This document shows, in pieces, positions 39,479 to 48,894 of a stretch of 64,000 bases of DNA. Position 1 is the stretch's first letter, and each line of letters begins with the position of its first letter. The stretch is from a virus. Its lineage: Duplodnaviria; Caudoviricetes. The notes beneath the pieces are model-generated. The model saw only the letters and a program-made list of their open reading frames with translations, did no database searches and had not been told where the DNA came from. The stretch spans positions 32,001-96,000 of IMG/VR virus record IMGVR_UViG_3300025154_000056. The stretch is one strand, 5' to 3'. Both the position numbers and the translations under genes were made by a program.

Positions 39479-39840
39479 GATTGAAGACCAAGACACCGAA
39501 GCGCTCTACCATCGAAGCAGAGAGTACGATCACCGACCGTCGTTCAAAGGAGGTGGTGCACACGAAGGCCACCAAGAAGCTCGGTAAGCCCATCAAGCCC
39601 GTCGAGGGTAAGGTGGTGGGCTACGTGAGGTTCGGGGACAACCTCAAGATTACGAAGAAGTACCAGAGCACGGGCACAGAGATCACAGCAGAGGTCCCAT
39701 TCATGATGACACCAGGGGACCTGAGCGAACTTCCTAGTCAGATTGAGGAAGTGATGGAAGTCATTGACGACGTACTGGCTGAGCACCTCAAGGACCTGAA
39801 GGAGGCGCTATCCCAGCTGGCGAAAGAGGATGGGAGATGA
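39475..39840 (+). CDS. Hypothetical protein
   Basis: ATGA overlaps; phage-like codon usage. Confidence 0.6.
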   Translation: MRLKTKTPKRSTIEAESTITDRRSKEVVHTKATKKLGKPIKPVEGKVVGYVRFGDNLKITKKYQSTGTEITAEVPFMMTPGDLSELPSQIEEVMEVIDDVLAEHLKDLKEALSQLAKEDGR

Positions 39841-40313
39841 TGATATTTCGTCTTCGAATTCACAAGCCTCAAAAAGCATTGCTTATGTCGCAGCGCTTTT
39901 TCGGTACTCCGGTTCCTACCAAGAAGATCATGTACGCTACCCAAGCATACGAAGACTACAAGACAGGTAGCGAGCCCGTAGGGGCCGTACCTCTGTTGGG
40001 TATGTACCTGGCCCTGTACGCCCGTAGGTTTGGCTTCCAGTGGGTAGGCACGTTGAAGCTTATTGAAGAAGAGCTAAAGGTGTTCATGCAGTTGGTGAGG
40101 CAGTTCGAGGCTAGAGCCTTTGACATCGTTCGAATTCTGATGCTGCATAAAGACCTAGCGTGGGTGACTACATCTCACACTAGGTTCCTATCCAATACAG
40201 ACAACGTGATCAAGTACATCGTACCTCTGGTCAAGACTAGGCGACGCGGAGAGCAGAGCGAGTTCACTGCTGAGCGAGCTGCTGCCCGAAGTTCAAAGAG
40301 AGTCACACTATGA
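39837..40313 (+). CDS. Hypothetical protein, possible replication initiator partner of the loader
   Basis: Position directly before DnaC-like ATPase; function inferred from position only. Confidence 0.5.
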   Translation: MMIFRLRIHKPQKALLMSQRFFGTPVPTKKIMYATQAYEDYKTGSEPVGAVPLLGMYLALYARRFGFQWVGTLKLIEEELKVFMQLVRQFEARAFDIVRILMLHKDLAWVTTSHTRFLSNTDNVIKYIVPLVKTRRRGEQSEFTAERAAARSSKRVTL

Positions 40314-40903
40314 GGATGCGTGTCCCCCAGAGGGTAGGCACAGCCCGCATCAAGCAATTGGATGATGACCAATTCGACATGGTGCTCGACTACGCGAAGA
40401 ACCTCCATGCACGACGCGGCAAGGGCACCGGGTTGCTGTTGTCCGGCCCCCCAGGTATTGGCAAGAGTTGGGCTCTGGCTGCCCTCACCCGGTATGCTGT
40501 AGTGCGGAGCGAGAAGGAAGGCTACAGGCTCGACTACGAGTACATCAGCGCACCGGAGGTCTTCGAGAACTTCGGCGTCGTTGGTGGGGGCGCCGAGCAG
40601 GACGAGTGGCGTGGTCAGTCCTGGCGTAGGACGTTCGACACCGTACCCTGGTTGGTGATCGATGACCTCGGCAAGGAGTACCGGGGAGGGAAGCTTGCTG
40701 AGCAGGTACCGTACCTGCTGGGTAGGATTGTGCGAAAACGAACTATGAATATGCTGGTTACCCACATAAGTACAAACCTACCTATTGCCACCGAGACCGA
40801 TGACAGTGTGAGTAGCATCTACGGAGAATCAATCATCTCTCTTTTGAAGGACGCCACTGAGATGTTCGAGATTCAGGGGGACGACCGGAGGGGAGATGGT
40901 TGA
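40310..40903 (+). CDS. DnaC/IstB-like AAA+ helicase loader
   Basis: GLLLSGPPGIGKS, LVIDDLGKE, ISTNL. Confidence 0.88.
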   Translation: MRMRVPQRVGTARIKQLDDDQFDMVLDYAKNLHARRGKGTGLLLSGPPGIGKSWALAALTRYAVVRSEKEGYRLDYEYISAPEVFENFGVVGGGAEQDEWRGQSWRRTFDTVPWLVIDDLGKEYRGGKLAEQVPYLLGRIVRKRTMNMLVTHISTNLPIATETDDSVSSIYGESIISLLKDATEMFEIQGDDRRGDG

Positions 40904-42188
40904 TTATCATGAAGAATGGGCGGTACTCAATAAGGTACTGCTAACCAAGGACCTGAAGTCTGTCGTCAATGCTGGCGTAGACGAAGCTTTCTTCGAGGGA
41001 ATAGATACTAAAGAAGTCTTTGAATTCATAACAGACAGCTACGCTAGGTTCCAGGCTGTGCCATCTAGGGTCACAGTCAAACAAGAGTTCCCGGCGTTTG
41101 TGTCAGTACCTACCAAGGAGGACACACTACCCATCCTGATAGATAGGCTGCGGGAGAAGGCTATCTACCGTGGCATGCGTGAGGTCCAGAAGAAGGCGGC
41201 GAACCGAGCGAAGGTCAAGCCCTCTGCTGGGCTGACTGTCATGCAGAGTGGGGTAATCAACCTCAGCAATAGATTCACTAGAGCCACAGCCAGGGATGCG
41301 CGCAAAGAGACTGGTAACATTCTAGCGAAGTACGAACGCATCAAGGAGTCTGGAGGCATCATTGGAATCCCAACCCCCTGGGACGAGCTGACCAGAGTCA
41401 CCAAAGGTGCACAGCCTGGCGTAGTGAAGTGCTACTACGGCCACACCGGCACAATGAAGACGTTTCTTTTGCTGCATGAAGCTAACCACTGCCACAAAGA
41501 GTGGGGCCAGATTCCTCTATTCCTCACCAAGGAGATGTCTGTCGAGCAGATCCTGTGGCGCTACGCTGGTATGCTCGCTAAGGTTGATTACGAGAAGCTC
41601 AATTCAGGCGCCCTTAGCGAAGAGGATGAGAAGAAGTTCAAGGAGCACCTCGAACAGCTGGTCGACGATCCACCATTCTGGATTGACACTATCGTTCAGA
41701 CAGGGCCTGGTGCTTTGCTTGAGCTGCAAGCGAAGATTGACCAGTACGGACCAGACCGCGTGTTTCTGGATGGTATGTACTTCCTCGCTGACAACCCATC
41801 CGACTGGGGACAGATGGCTGTCATCAACAACGGAATCAAGCAGTGTTCATTACGTAACAACATTGCGTTCGATGTCAGTACGCAGCGTAACTACGACAAC
41901 ACCAAAAAGCAATCCACTGATTCGTCAGACGCAGGAGACGTCGGCTACGGTAAGTCTCTAGCGCAGGCAGTGGACTACCTGATTCGTGTGGTTCGGGAGA
42001 AGCAACACATTGAAAACAAGGAGCTGCTATTAGTACTTCCGAAGGCACGTGAATCCCTCGCGTCAACACTAGTGCTACACGCGAAGCCTTGTGCTGACTT
42101 CTCACAAAAAGCTGTCATCTCTATTGGTGGTGAAGACTACGGTGACTCCACTGAGGGGGATGGCGACGAAGACGAAGAGATACTGTAG
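40896..42188 (+). CDS. dnaB: DnaB-like replicative helicase
   Basis: GIPTPWDEL...T.G, variant Walker A GHTGTMKT, FLTKEM, VFLDGMY, STQ, KARE. Confidence 0.85.
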   Translation: MVDYHEEWAVLNKVLLTKDLKSVVNAGVDEAFFEGIDTKEVFEFITDSYARFQAVPSRVTVKQEFPAFVSVPTKEDTLPILIDRLREKAIYRGMREVQKKAANRAKVKPSAGLTVMQSGVINLSNRFTRATARDARKETGNILAKYERIKESGGIIGIPTPWDELTRVTKGAQPGVVKCYYGHTGTMKTFLLLHEANHCHKEWGQIPLFLTKEMSVEQILWRYAGMLAKVDYEKLNSGALSEEDEKKFKEHLEQLVDDPPFWIDTIVQTGPGALLELQAKIDQYGPDRVFLDGMYFLADNPSDWGQMAVINNGIKQCSLRNNIAFDVSTQRNYDNTKKQSTDSSDAGDVGYGKSLAQAVDYLIRVVREKQHIENKELLLVLPKARESLASTLVLHAKPCADFSQKAVISIGGEDYGDSTEGDGDEDEEIL

Positions 42189-42196
42189 GACCAACC

Positions 42197-42421
42197 ATGG
42201 CGAGAACAAAGAGCGGTAGGTTGTGGATCAAGGCTGGTAGGCCCAAGCTGGACCCACTACTAGACCCAGCACATGCATTATCAGCTGACGAATTCAAGGC
42301 TATGTGGGTAAGGATGACCCAAGAGCAACAAAACAGAGTGCAGGACAGAGCCAGTCATGAATGCATGAGTCTGTGGGCAGTGCTCAATAACTGGGCTGAC
42401 TTGCGCATCCCGGTGAGCTGA
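42197..42421 (+). CDS. Hypothetical protein
   Basis: AGGA RBS; TGATG coupling to primase. Confidence 0.55.
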   Translation: MARTKSGRLWIKAGRPKLDPLLDPAHALSADEFKAMWVRMTQEQQNRVQDRASHECMSLWAVLNNWADLRIPVS

Positions 42422-43431
42422 TGTCAGTTCGTCAGATTCAACGCATCATGGAGGAGGGTGGCTGTGAGAAGATTCGCCACAGCGGCGACGGCAGCAACCT
42501 AGTTAGCACGTGTCCGTTCCATGAAGGATCGGTAGGCCACAGCGGTAGGAAGCACAACCCATCATTCGCTATGCATATAGAGACTGGTGTATACGTGTGC
42601 TACTCAGGCAACTGTGGCGCGACTGGTACCCTCATCGACTTCATGATGGACACCATTGGGTACGACTTCCAACGCGCTGCGAAGCTGGCGAATAGTATCG
42701 TTACTACGGTGGGGGAAGATGAGGAGGATGAGGACCTGTTCCCCGATTGGGAGAACAGGCACGACAAGAAGTCCAATAGAAGAGTTCTAAAGGACTCCAT
42801 ACTAGGTCTGTACTCGTTCGTTCCTAAGTACATGCTTCGACGTGGGTTCTCTCGGACTACCCTCAAGCGTTGGGAGATTGGTTACGACATCCACAGAAAG
42901 CAGGTAACGATACCTGTCAGAGACATAGATAATAAACTTATAGGTATTAGCAGGAGGCAACGAGATGGTGTGTTGCCCAAGTACCTGCACCTTGGGTTCC
43001 CTAAGAGTCAGACGATCTATGGGGCGTTCAAAAAAGGAGAAGTCAAGACGGCGTGGGTAGGTGAAGGACAGCTCGACGCAGTAGGTCTAGACGTCATGCT
43101 GCGGTCCGTACGTGCTCTCCGTGGTGACTTGGGGGTTCCGGTATCCCCTATGGGATCTAAGGTCAGCAAGAGGCAGGTAGAGCTGCTTGCGGAGAACTTC
43201 GATAGGGTCATGCTGGCCCTTGATGACGACGCGGCGGGTAAGGCGGCTAGAGACTACATCGGCAACAACCTGACTGACAGATGGATGGACCCAAAACGAA
43301 TAATGACAGTATCTAATTGGAGGGGGTGGCATGACCCAGCGCAGATAGTAGAAGAAGGTAGCTATAAAGACTACCTTCTATTGATTGATTCCATGCGACC
43401 TTGGGTTGACGTGACGTACGGAGAGCGGTAA
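42421..43431 (+). CDS. dnaG: DNA primase (CHC2 zinc finger + TOPRIM)
   Basis: CPFH...PSF...CYSGNC; PKY; EGQLD; LDDDAAG; DP. Confidence 0.9.
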   Translation: MSVRQIQRIMEEGGCEKIRHSGDGSNLVSTCPFHEGSVGHSGRKHNPSFAMHIETGVYVCYSGNCGATGTLIDFMMDTIGYDFQRAAKLANSIVTTVGEDEEDEDLFPDWENRHDKKSNRRVLKDSILGLYSFVPKYMLRRGFSRTTLKRWEIGYDIHRKQVTIPVRDIDNKLIGISRRQRDGVLPKYLHLGFPKSQTIYGAFKKGEVKTAWVGEGQLDAVGLDVMLRSVRALRGDLGVPVSPMGSKVSKRQVELLAENFDRVMLALDDDAAGKAARDYIGNNLTDRWMDPKRIMTVSNWRGWHDPAQIVEEGSYKDYLLLIDSMRPWVDVTYGER

Positions 43432-43434
43432 ACT
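43406..43434 (+). promoter_or_regulatory. Sigma70-like promoter upstream of SSB gene
   Basis: TTGACG-17-TAAACT. Confidence 0.55.
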
Positions 43435-43490
43435 CCCCGCAACCCTAAGAGTCTGCGAATTCAGACTCAACGAACGAAAGGTAATTGAAA

Positions 43491-44612
43491 ATGCGACGCG
43501 GACTGGCTGCTGTAAAGCAGGTCAAAGAAGAGATGGATCAGAATGCTGGGGCGAATAGCTACGTCCCTCATTTCACTCTGGAGGACGGTGAGTCAGCCAT
43601 CGTTGGACTCACAGGAGACAGGGACCAAGAACCTGTAATCCTCGAAGAGCACAGTATCAAGCAAGGGAACAACTTCACCACCATCATCTGTAGTGCGGAC
43701 CGACCCAAGTTCAAGGGGAAGTGCGTTTCTTGCCACACGAATGCGAGTGGCAATAGGCAGGTGAACCGGACCAACAATAGAGCCGCGTTCAATGTGTACG
43801 ATTTCCGACTCGTGCATCCTGTGAAGAACAAGGAGAAGTCGAAGAAGTACGGGCGTGACATTTTTGACAAGGTTCTTTGCACAGGAGAGGTGAAGTGCAA
43901 GCGCTGTCGGAACGGGAAGGAACCAGAGTACTGGGGTGAGAAGCAGTGGAAGCTGTCTATGACCTGGGCGGCTATCTTGGCTGCTCTCAATGACGATGAG
44001 CGTGCTAGGTGCAAGTGTGGCGGCAAGATCACCGTTACTGGGTACCTGGACCCAGAAAACGACAAGGTCTACAAGCATGTCGATGAGGATATGGACACGG
44101 ACGGGTTTGAGGAGATCCTCGAATGCTCCAAGTGCGAGGAGCCTGACCCGTACACCATCTTTGACTTTCCAATCAAGGTGAGGCGTAGCGGTAAAAACAA
44201 GTCCACTGCGTATGCAATCAGTATTGTCAAGGACGACCCTGAGATACAAGAGATCTTCGACGCCCTAAAGGAAGATGGTGAATTGAAGCCCGCTGACTTG
44301 GAGAAGATCAACTCTCCCCTGTCTCTGCAAAAACAAGCTGAGCTTATCGGCGTGGTCAACCCCTACAGCAGCAAGTCCGACCGCTCGGAAGACTATGACG
44401 ATGACGAGGAGGAGGATGATTACGAAGAGACCGAGGATGAAGACGACGACATGATGGAGGACGAAGATGAAGATGAAGATGATGAGGATGATGACGATGA
44501 CGATGACGAAGATGATCCTCCTCGCCGCCCTGCTACTCGTCGAGGTACGAAGAAGAAGGCTGCTAAGAAGCCCACCAAAGGTGCGAAGCGTAGCCTCAGA
44601 CTGAAGAAGTGA
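43491..44612 (+). CDS. gp32-like single-stranded DNA-binding protein with Zn-binding Cys clusters, acidic tract and basic tail
   Basis: F.LEDGESA.V, C...CVSC, FNVYD, IKVRRSG...T.Y; long D/E tract; between primase and polymerase (alternative TTG start 43485). Confidence 0.75.
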   Translation: MRRGLAAVKQVKEEMDQNAGANSYVPHFTLEDGESAIVGLTGDRDQEPVILEEHSIKQGNNFTTIICSADRPKFKGKCVSCHTNASGNRQVNRTNNRAAFNVYDFRLVHPVKNKEKSKKYGRDIFDKVLCTGEVKCKRCRNGKEPEYWGEKQWKLSMTWAAILAALNDDERARCKCGGKITVTGYLDPENDKVYKHVDEDMDTDGFEEILECSKCEEPDPYTIFDFPIKVRRSGKNKSTAYAISIVKDDPEIQEIFDALKEDGELKPADLEKINSPLSLQKQAELIGVVNPYSSKSDRSEDYDDDEEEDDYEETEDEDDDMMEDEDEDEDDEDDDDDDDEDDPPRRPATRRGTKKKAAKKPTKGAKRSLRLKK

Positions 44613-44971
44613 TGGAACGTCTCCGACCATTTTTCGATGACCTGTGGCGCTGGTCTGTTGGCGCTGAGCGACGTCTCAATAGTAGAGTATGGGTGGATCC
44701 TGACAAGCAGTGGAGCCACGCCTTTGAGGGTGCTATGCGCCGTCGCATCCTTGTCGGGGCTTACCGTTACGGTCCGTTGGGGGCGACTGGCAAGCCCAGG
44801 TACGACCGAATGGGCAGCATCATTAGCAGAGCTGCTGAGTACCAGCGAACAGGCAATCTAGAGCTGCTAGTCGACATCGCGAATCTTTGCCTGCTGGAGT
44901 TCGTGGAGGGAAAGCACCCTAAGAGGCACTTCCACGCCCAGGACGACAGTAAACACGTGGAGGTATTGTAA
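44612..44971 (+). CDS. Hypothetical protein, possible all-alpha nucleotide pyrophosphohydrolase
   Basis: GAYRYG...TGNLELLVDIANLCLLEF resembles MazG-like/dATP-dGTP diphosphohydrolase motifs. Confidence 0.45.
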   Translation: MERLRPFFDDLWRWSVGAERRLNSRVWVDPDKQWSHAFEGAMRRRILVGAYRYGPLGATGKPRYDRMGSIISRAAEYQRTGNLELLVDIANLCLLEFVEGKHPKRHFHAQDDSKHVEVL

Positions 44972-45219
44972 TGAGCGAAGAGAGGGTGATCAGTCTGAGC
45001 GCTGCTATGGGTAAGGTACACAAGGAAGTCTGTGAGTGTGCGCAAGACAATAGCCTCATATACGATTACGGTAGAATCAGACTGTGCTTGATTTGTGGGC
45101 AGGCATACTCTGAGATGAAATACCAGGCTGCAAAAAACAGAATCCCGTCATGCAGTGCAGAGTACTTGGGCGAGAAGTACAAGCTGGCTGACGGGTCCTT
45201 CGTTCTGGTTACGAAATGA
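44971..45219 (+). CDS. Small Cys-containing hypothetical protein
   Basis: CEC...CLICG; GGAGG RBS. Confidence 0.55.
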   Translation: MSEERVISLSAAMGKVHKEVCECAQDNSLIYDYGRIRLCLICGQAYSEMKYQAAKNRIPSCSAEYLGEKYKLADGSFVLVTK

Positions 45220-45251
45220 GGCGGTTCAATCTACTGTACGTGGAGGGGTGA
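45216..45251 (+). pseudogene. Orphaned original 5' end of the MT-A70 methyltransferase (MRRFNLLYVEG*)
   Basis: 8 of first 9 residues identical to the start of the 45732 gene; ATGA-coupled to upstream gene. Confidence 0.8.
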
Positions 45252-45252
45252 A

Positions 45253-45735
45253 ATGGGTCGTCCGTTCGGCACACGTAGGAGACTGGCTGACCGTTTCTGG
45301 GAAAAGGTAGACGTCCGAGGACCGGACGACTGCTGGGAGTGGACAGCTAGTCTAAACCCCAAGGGGTACGGACAAATCTCCGTAGGAAGGAAGCCCATAT
45401 CGGCGCATATACTATCTTACGAAATGAACGTGGACCCAGTACCCGAAAACATGCTTGTCTGTCACACGTGTGACAACAGAAAGTGTGTCAATCCCAAGCA
45501 CCTGTATGTTGGGACACCGAAGAGCAACTCCCAGGATATGGTGGATAGGGGCCGTAGCGGCCGTAGCACTATAGGTGAAAAGAATCCAGCGGCTAAATTG
45601 ACTGAACTTGATGTACTAAAAATTCGTAGCTTAGTGGCAGGTGGGTTGTCTAGGCTTGAAGTAGCTACTGTATTTGGTGTGCAAATAGGCGCAGTAGGTA
45701 AGATAGTCAGGCGAGAGAGGTGGAAGCACGTATGA
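45253..45735 (+). mobile_element. Free-standing HNH homing endonuclease with C-terminal HTH
   Basis: RFWEKV...CWEW...GYG...AH...VCHTCDNRKCVNPKHL..GT...N..D; AT-richer 3' half. Confidence 0.92.
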
Positions 45736-46325
45736 GACAATTTAATTTATTGTATGTGGATCCACCATGGCAGTACCAAAGTAAGCGCACTGGCGGGTCC
45801 ATGTCTAGCGGCTCTGACCAGCAGTACGAAACAATATCCACAAAGGAATTGTTGACTACGTCCATAGAGCCCCTCTGCATGGACGATGCATACCTGTGTC
45901 TGTGGGCTACAGTGCCCATGATGGAGGAAGCTTTCGCCTTGATGCGTCAATGGGACTTTACTTATAAGACGAAGCTTAGCTGGCGGAAAAAGCAAGCTAG
46001 ACTAGGTATGGGTTACTACTTTCGAGGAGAGGTGGAAGACCTACTGCTAGGAGTGCGCGGCAAGGTGAAGGCCCCCAGGGTCCAGGAACGAAACTGGATA
46101 GACCCACCCCCGACCAAGCATTCTCGGAAGCCAGAAGAGATGCGTCTGTTGGTGGAGAAGGCAGCCATCAACTCTTTCGGCAAGAGCAAGGTACGTGCGC
46201 TGGAGATGTTCGCCACACACAAAGAGGGTAAAGGAGTATTGGATTGGTCTTATTGGGGTAACACAATAGAGTCAGACATAGTGTTCGATATATTGAAGCG
46301 TAAGCGCTTCCTACTGAGGGCGTAA
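45732..46325 (+). CDS. MT-A70 family adenine methyltransferase
   Basis: YVDPPW, LCLWAT, W.F.Y...W.K, GMGYYFRG..E.LL.G.RG, HSRKP, LEMFA. Confidence 0.92.
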   Translation: MRQFNLLYVDPPWQYQSKRTGGSMSSGSDQQYETISTKELLTTSIEPLCMDDAYLCLWATVPMMEEAFALMRQWDFTYKTKLSWRKKQARLGMGYYFRGEVEDLLLGVRGKVKAPRVQERNWIDPPPTKHSRKPEEMRLLVEKAAINSFGKSKVRALEMFATHKEGKGVLDWSYWGNTIESDIVFDILKRKRFLLRA

Positions 46326-48460
46326 TGCGGCTCAGGCTTATCTCTCCTCCGATGACTACCGCCATTGTGAAGTGGCAGCAGGGCGAGCTTGACTTCTCCA
46401 CGCCCAAAAGCGTGGTGACGTACAGGCTGCGCAAGTCAGCGAAGTCTACGTTCCTATCCTTTGAGCAGAAGCACCCACACTGCATCGTAGCTGACACACC
46501 AAAGAAGGTGGCAAAAGCACTTGCTCTAATGGAGCGAGTACCACTCCTCGGGTTCGACGTTGAGACCATTGGCTCAGATGTCGGTGAGGAGCACCCAATT
46601 GGTAAGGCTAAGGTGCTGTCACTCCAGTTGGCTGGTCGAGTCGACGGGGTGATGTGGGCTGTCTTCGTACCCAACTGGGGCAAGTACGCAGGCACTCTGC
46701 GGAAATTCAAGGCGCTCCTTGAGGGCGACAAAGACAAAACTGCCCACAACGGTAAGTACGACATCCACGCTTTGTTGAACCACGGCGTCTCAGTCGATGG
46801 GTTCCTCCACGATACGCTAATTACTGACAAGCTATTCGCAACACAAGAGATGCTGCATGGCTTGAAGGAATGCATGCGTAGGTACTTCGGTAGGGATGCA
46901 AAGGATTACAAGGAAGTCTTCAAGACTCCGTACATCAAGAAGAACGGTCAGCCAGGCAAGCGCATGGTGCTCCAGCCGCTTGAAGAAGTCATCAAGACTC
47001 AGGCTGGCATCTGGAAGCTGATCGACTACGCCATAAAAGACCCAATCTATTCTGTAGAGCTAGCTGAATACCTACAGAAGAAGCTTGAGAAGGTGGAGTG
47101 GAGCAAGCGTGGATCCTACTGGGACTACTACGTAGGATTCGAAGAGCCTTTCATTCGTGTGTTGGTAGATGTCGAGCGCAACGGCATGTACATCGACCAG
47201 CCCAAACTAAATGCCATTCGTGTAGAGATAGAGGAGGCGCTCACCAAAGCTGAGTGGGCGTTTATGAAGGCGTGTGTTTCTGCTGGAGTCCCAGCAGAGT
47301 TCATGGAGTCCTTCAACCTCAACTCGCAAAAGCAACTGGCTGCATTGTTCCAGAAGCTTGGTGCGAAGATTGTTGACCTCACACCCACTGGGCTACCCAA
47401 AGTCGATGAGGCGTCTCTCAAGAAGATCAAGGGTGGCAAGAAGGTCAAGAAGGTCATCAAAGCACTGCTAGAGTGCAGACGACTGCTCAAGAGCCTCACC
47501 ACCTACGTTGACCCGCTGCTCAAGTACAGCAAAGAGTATGGCGGGCGAGTACACACTGATCTGAAGCATGCTGGCACAGCCACCTGGCGGCTGTCGTCTG
47601 CAAATCCAAACTTCCAAAATGTGCCCACAGGGGCAAAGGATACGTACTCCATACGTGGGTGCATCATCGCTGAATTCTCAACCCACGTGATCGCAGACAT
47701 CGACTTGTCACAGATTGAGATGCGTCTAATGGCGCACTTCAGTCGAGACAAGCGGATGCTGCAAGCTATCAGAGACGGTTGGGATCTCCACTCCCTCGCG
47801 GCGTGGAACCTAGCACAGCACGGACTCTTCCCGGAGATCAAGGCGCACTTCGGTGCTAGAGAGCTAAGCAAAGAGGTCCTGGCTGAGCTGGCTGAGGTGT
47901 TCCCAGACCAGCGTAAGAAAGCAAAGACTATCAATTTCGGCGTGGGTTACGGTATGGGGCCGACCCGCTACGCAGTGATGACTGGGTCCTCCATGGACGA
48001 GGGACGCAGGGCCATTCAAGCGTTCTTCAAGGGCTTCCCAGGGCTCAAATACAACATCGAGAATGTACGCAAGTACGCTCATGAGCACGGGCACATCCGT
48101 ACCCTGCTGCGTAAGTACGTTGGTATCCCGTTCATCAATCACCCCGATGAAGGGCTGCGCGCTGCTGGTGAGAGGCAGGCATACAACTACCTGATTCAAG
48201 GGAGTGCAGCAGAGCTACTCAAGATGAGTATGATTCTAATCCACAATGATGAGGTGCTGCGTGGTCTAGGTGTCAAGATGATCATGCAGATTCATGACGA
48301 GCTTCTGTTCGAGATGCCTCTGGCATCTATGGCTGAAGCTACGCCCATCATCGAGGACTACGTCAGCCACCCATACAGGTACTTCGGGATGAAAGACCTT
48401 CTGGTGGATACACCGGCTGACCTCGGCAGTGGCATTTCTTGGGCAGAAGCGAAGCACTGA
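46325..48460 (+). CDS. polA: Family A DNA polymerase with 3'-5' exonuclease
   Basis: FDVET, HNGKYD, YAIKD; RLSSANPNFQN; DLSQIEMR; KTINFGVGYG; QIHDELLFE. Confidence 0.96.
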   Translation: MRLRLISPPMTTAIVKWQQGELDFSTPKSVVTYRLRKSAKSTFLSFEQKHPHCIVADTPKKVAKALALMERVPLLGFDVETIGSDVGEEHPIGKAKVLSLQLAGRVDGVMWAVFVPNWGKYAGTLRKFKALLEGDKDKTAHNGKYDIHALLNHGVSVDGFLHDTLITDKLFATQEMLHGLKECMRRYFGRDAKDYKEVFKTPYIKKNGQPGKRMVLQPLEEVIKTQAGIWKLIDYAIKDPIYSVELAEYLQKKLEKVEWSKRGSYWDYYVGFEEPFIRVLVDVERNGMYIDQPKLNAIRVEIEEALTKAEWAFMKACVSAGVPAEFMESFNLNSQKQLAALFQKLGAKIVDLTPTGLPKVDEASLKKIKGGKKVKKVIKALLECRRLLKSLTTYVDPLLKYSKEYGGRVHTDLKHAGTATWRLSSANPNFQNVPTGAKDTYSIRGCIIAEFSTHVIADIDLSQIEMRLMAHFSRDKRMLQAIRDGWDLHSLAAWNLAQHGLFPEIKAHFGARELSKEVLAELAEVFPDQRKKAKTINFGVGYGMGPTRYAVMTGSSMDEGRRAIQAFFKGFPGLKYNIENVRKYAHEHGHIRTLLRKYVGIPFINHPDEGLRAAGERQAYNYLIQGSAAELLKMSMILIHNDEVLRGLGVKMIMQIHDELLFEMPLASMAEATPIIEDYVSHPYRYFGMKDLLVDTPADLGSGISWAEAKH

Positions 48461-48483
48461 CATAATTGAAAGGAGGAATTCAC

Positions 48484-48777
48484 GTGATTCGAGGATGCAT
48501 CCCAGCCAGGACCGACGGACCCAGGGCATTCGCTGTGGACATCAACCTGAGGGAGATTCTATCCCTTGTGCGAAAGATGGACATGGTATTCAACAGCAGG
48601 ACGCAGGTGCTACGTGTCACATGCACGATCCACCACTCGGAGGGCGAGGAGGGATACGATATCGGCGTATCGTCGATTGTCTCTAACGGAGAGTCAACAC
48701 TGTCGAAACTTCTACGTGTCGTGTGCATCGGACCACTTTCACGCTTACGTCAGGAGCCGCAACGGGATAGTGAGTGA
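48484..48777 (+). CDS. Hypothetical protein
   Basis: AAGGAGG RBS before GTG 48484. Confidence 0.55.
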   Translation: MIRGCIPARTDGPRAFAVDINLREILSLVRKMDMVFNSRTQVLRVTCTIHHSEGEEGYDIGVSSIVSNGESTLSKLLRVVCIGPLSRLRQEPQRDSE

Positions 48778-48894
48778 GGGATACTGGAAGGGCTGGGGCC
48801 TGACGATGCTGCTTCGACACCTGCACGCCCGCAAGCATCTCATCGTCGAGTGCCCCATGCTCACAGTCTTCCGATTACGAGTGAGGAGAGCTAA

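Noticed and set aside
45216-45760. HNH region as a group I intron
   Set aside because: HNH ORF occupies essentially the whole insert, leaving no room for a ribozyme core, and the downstream gene has its own complete start.
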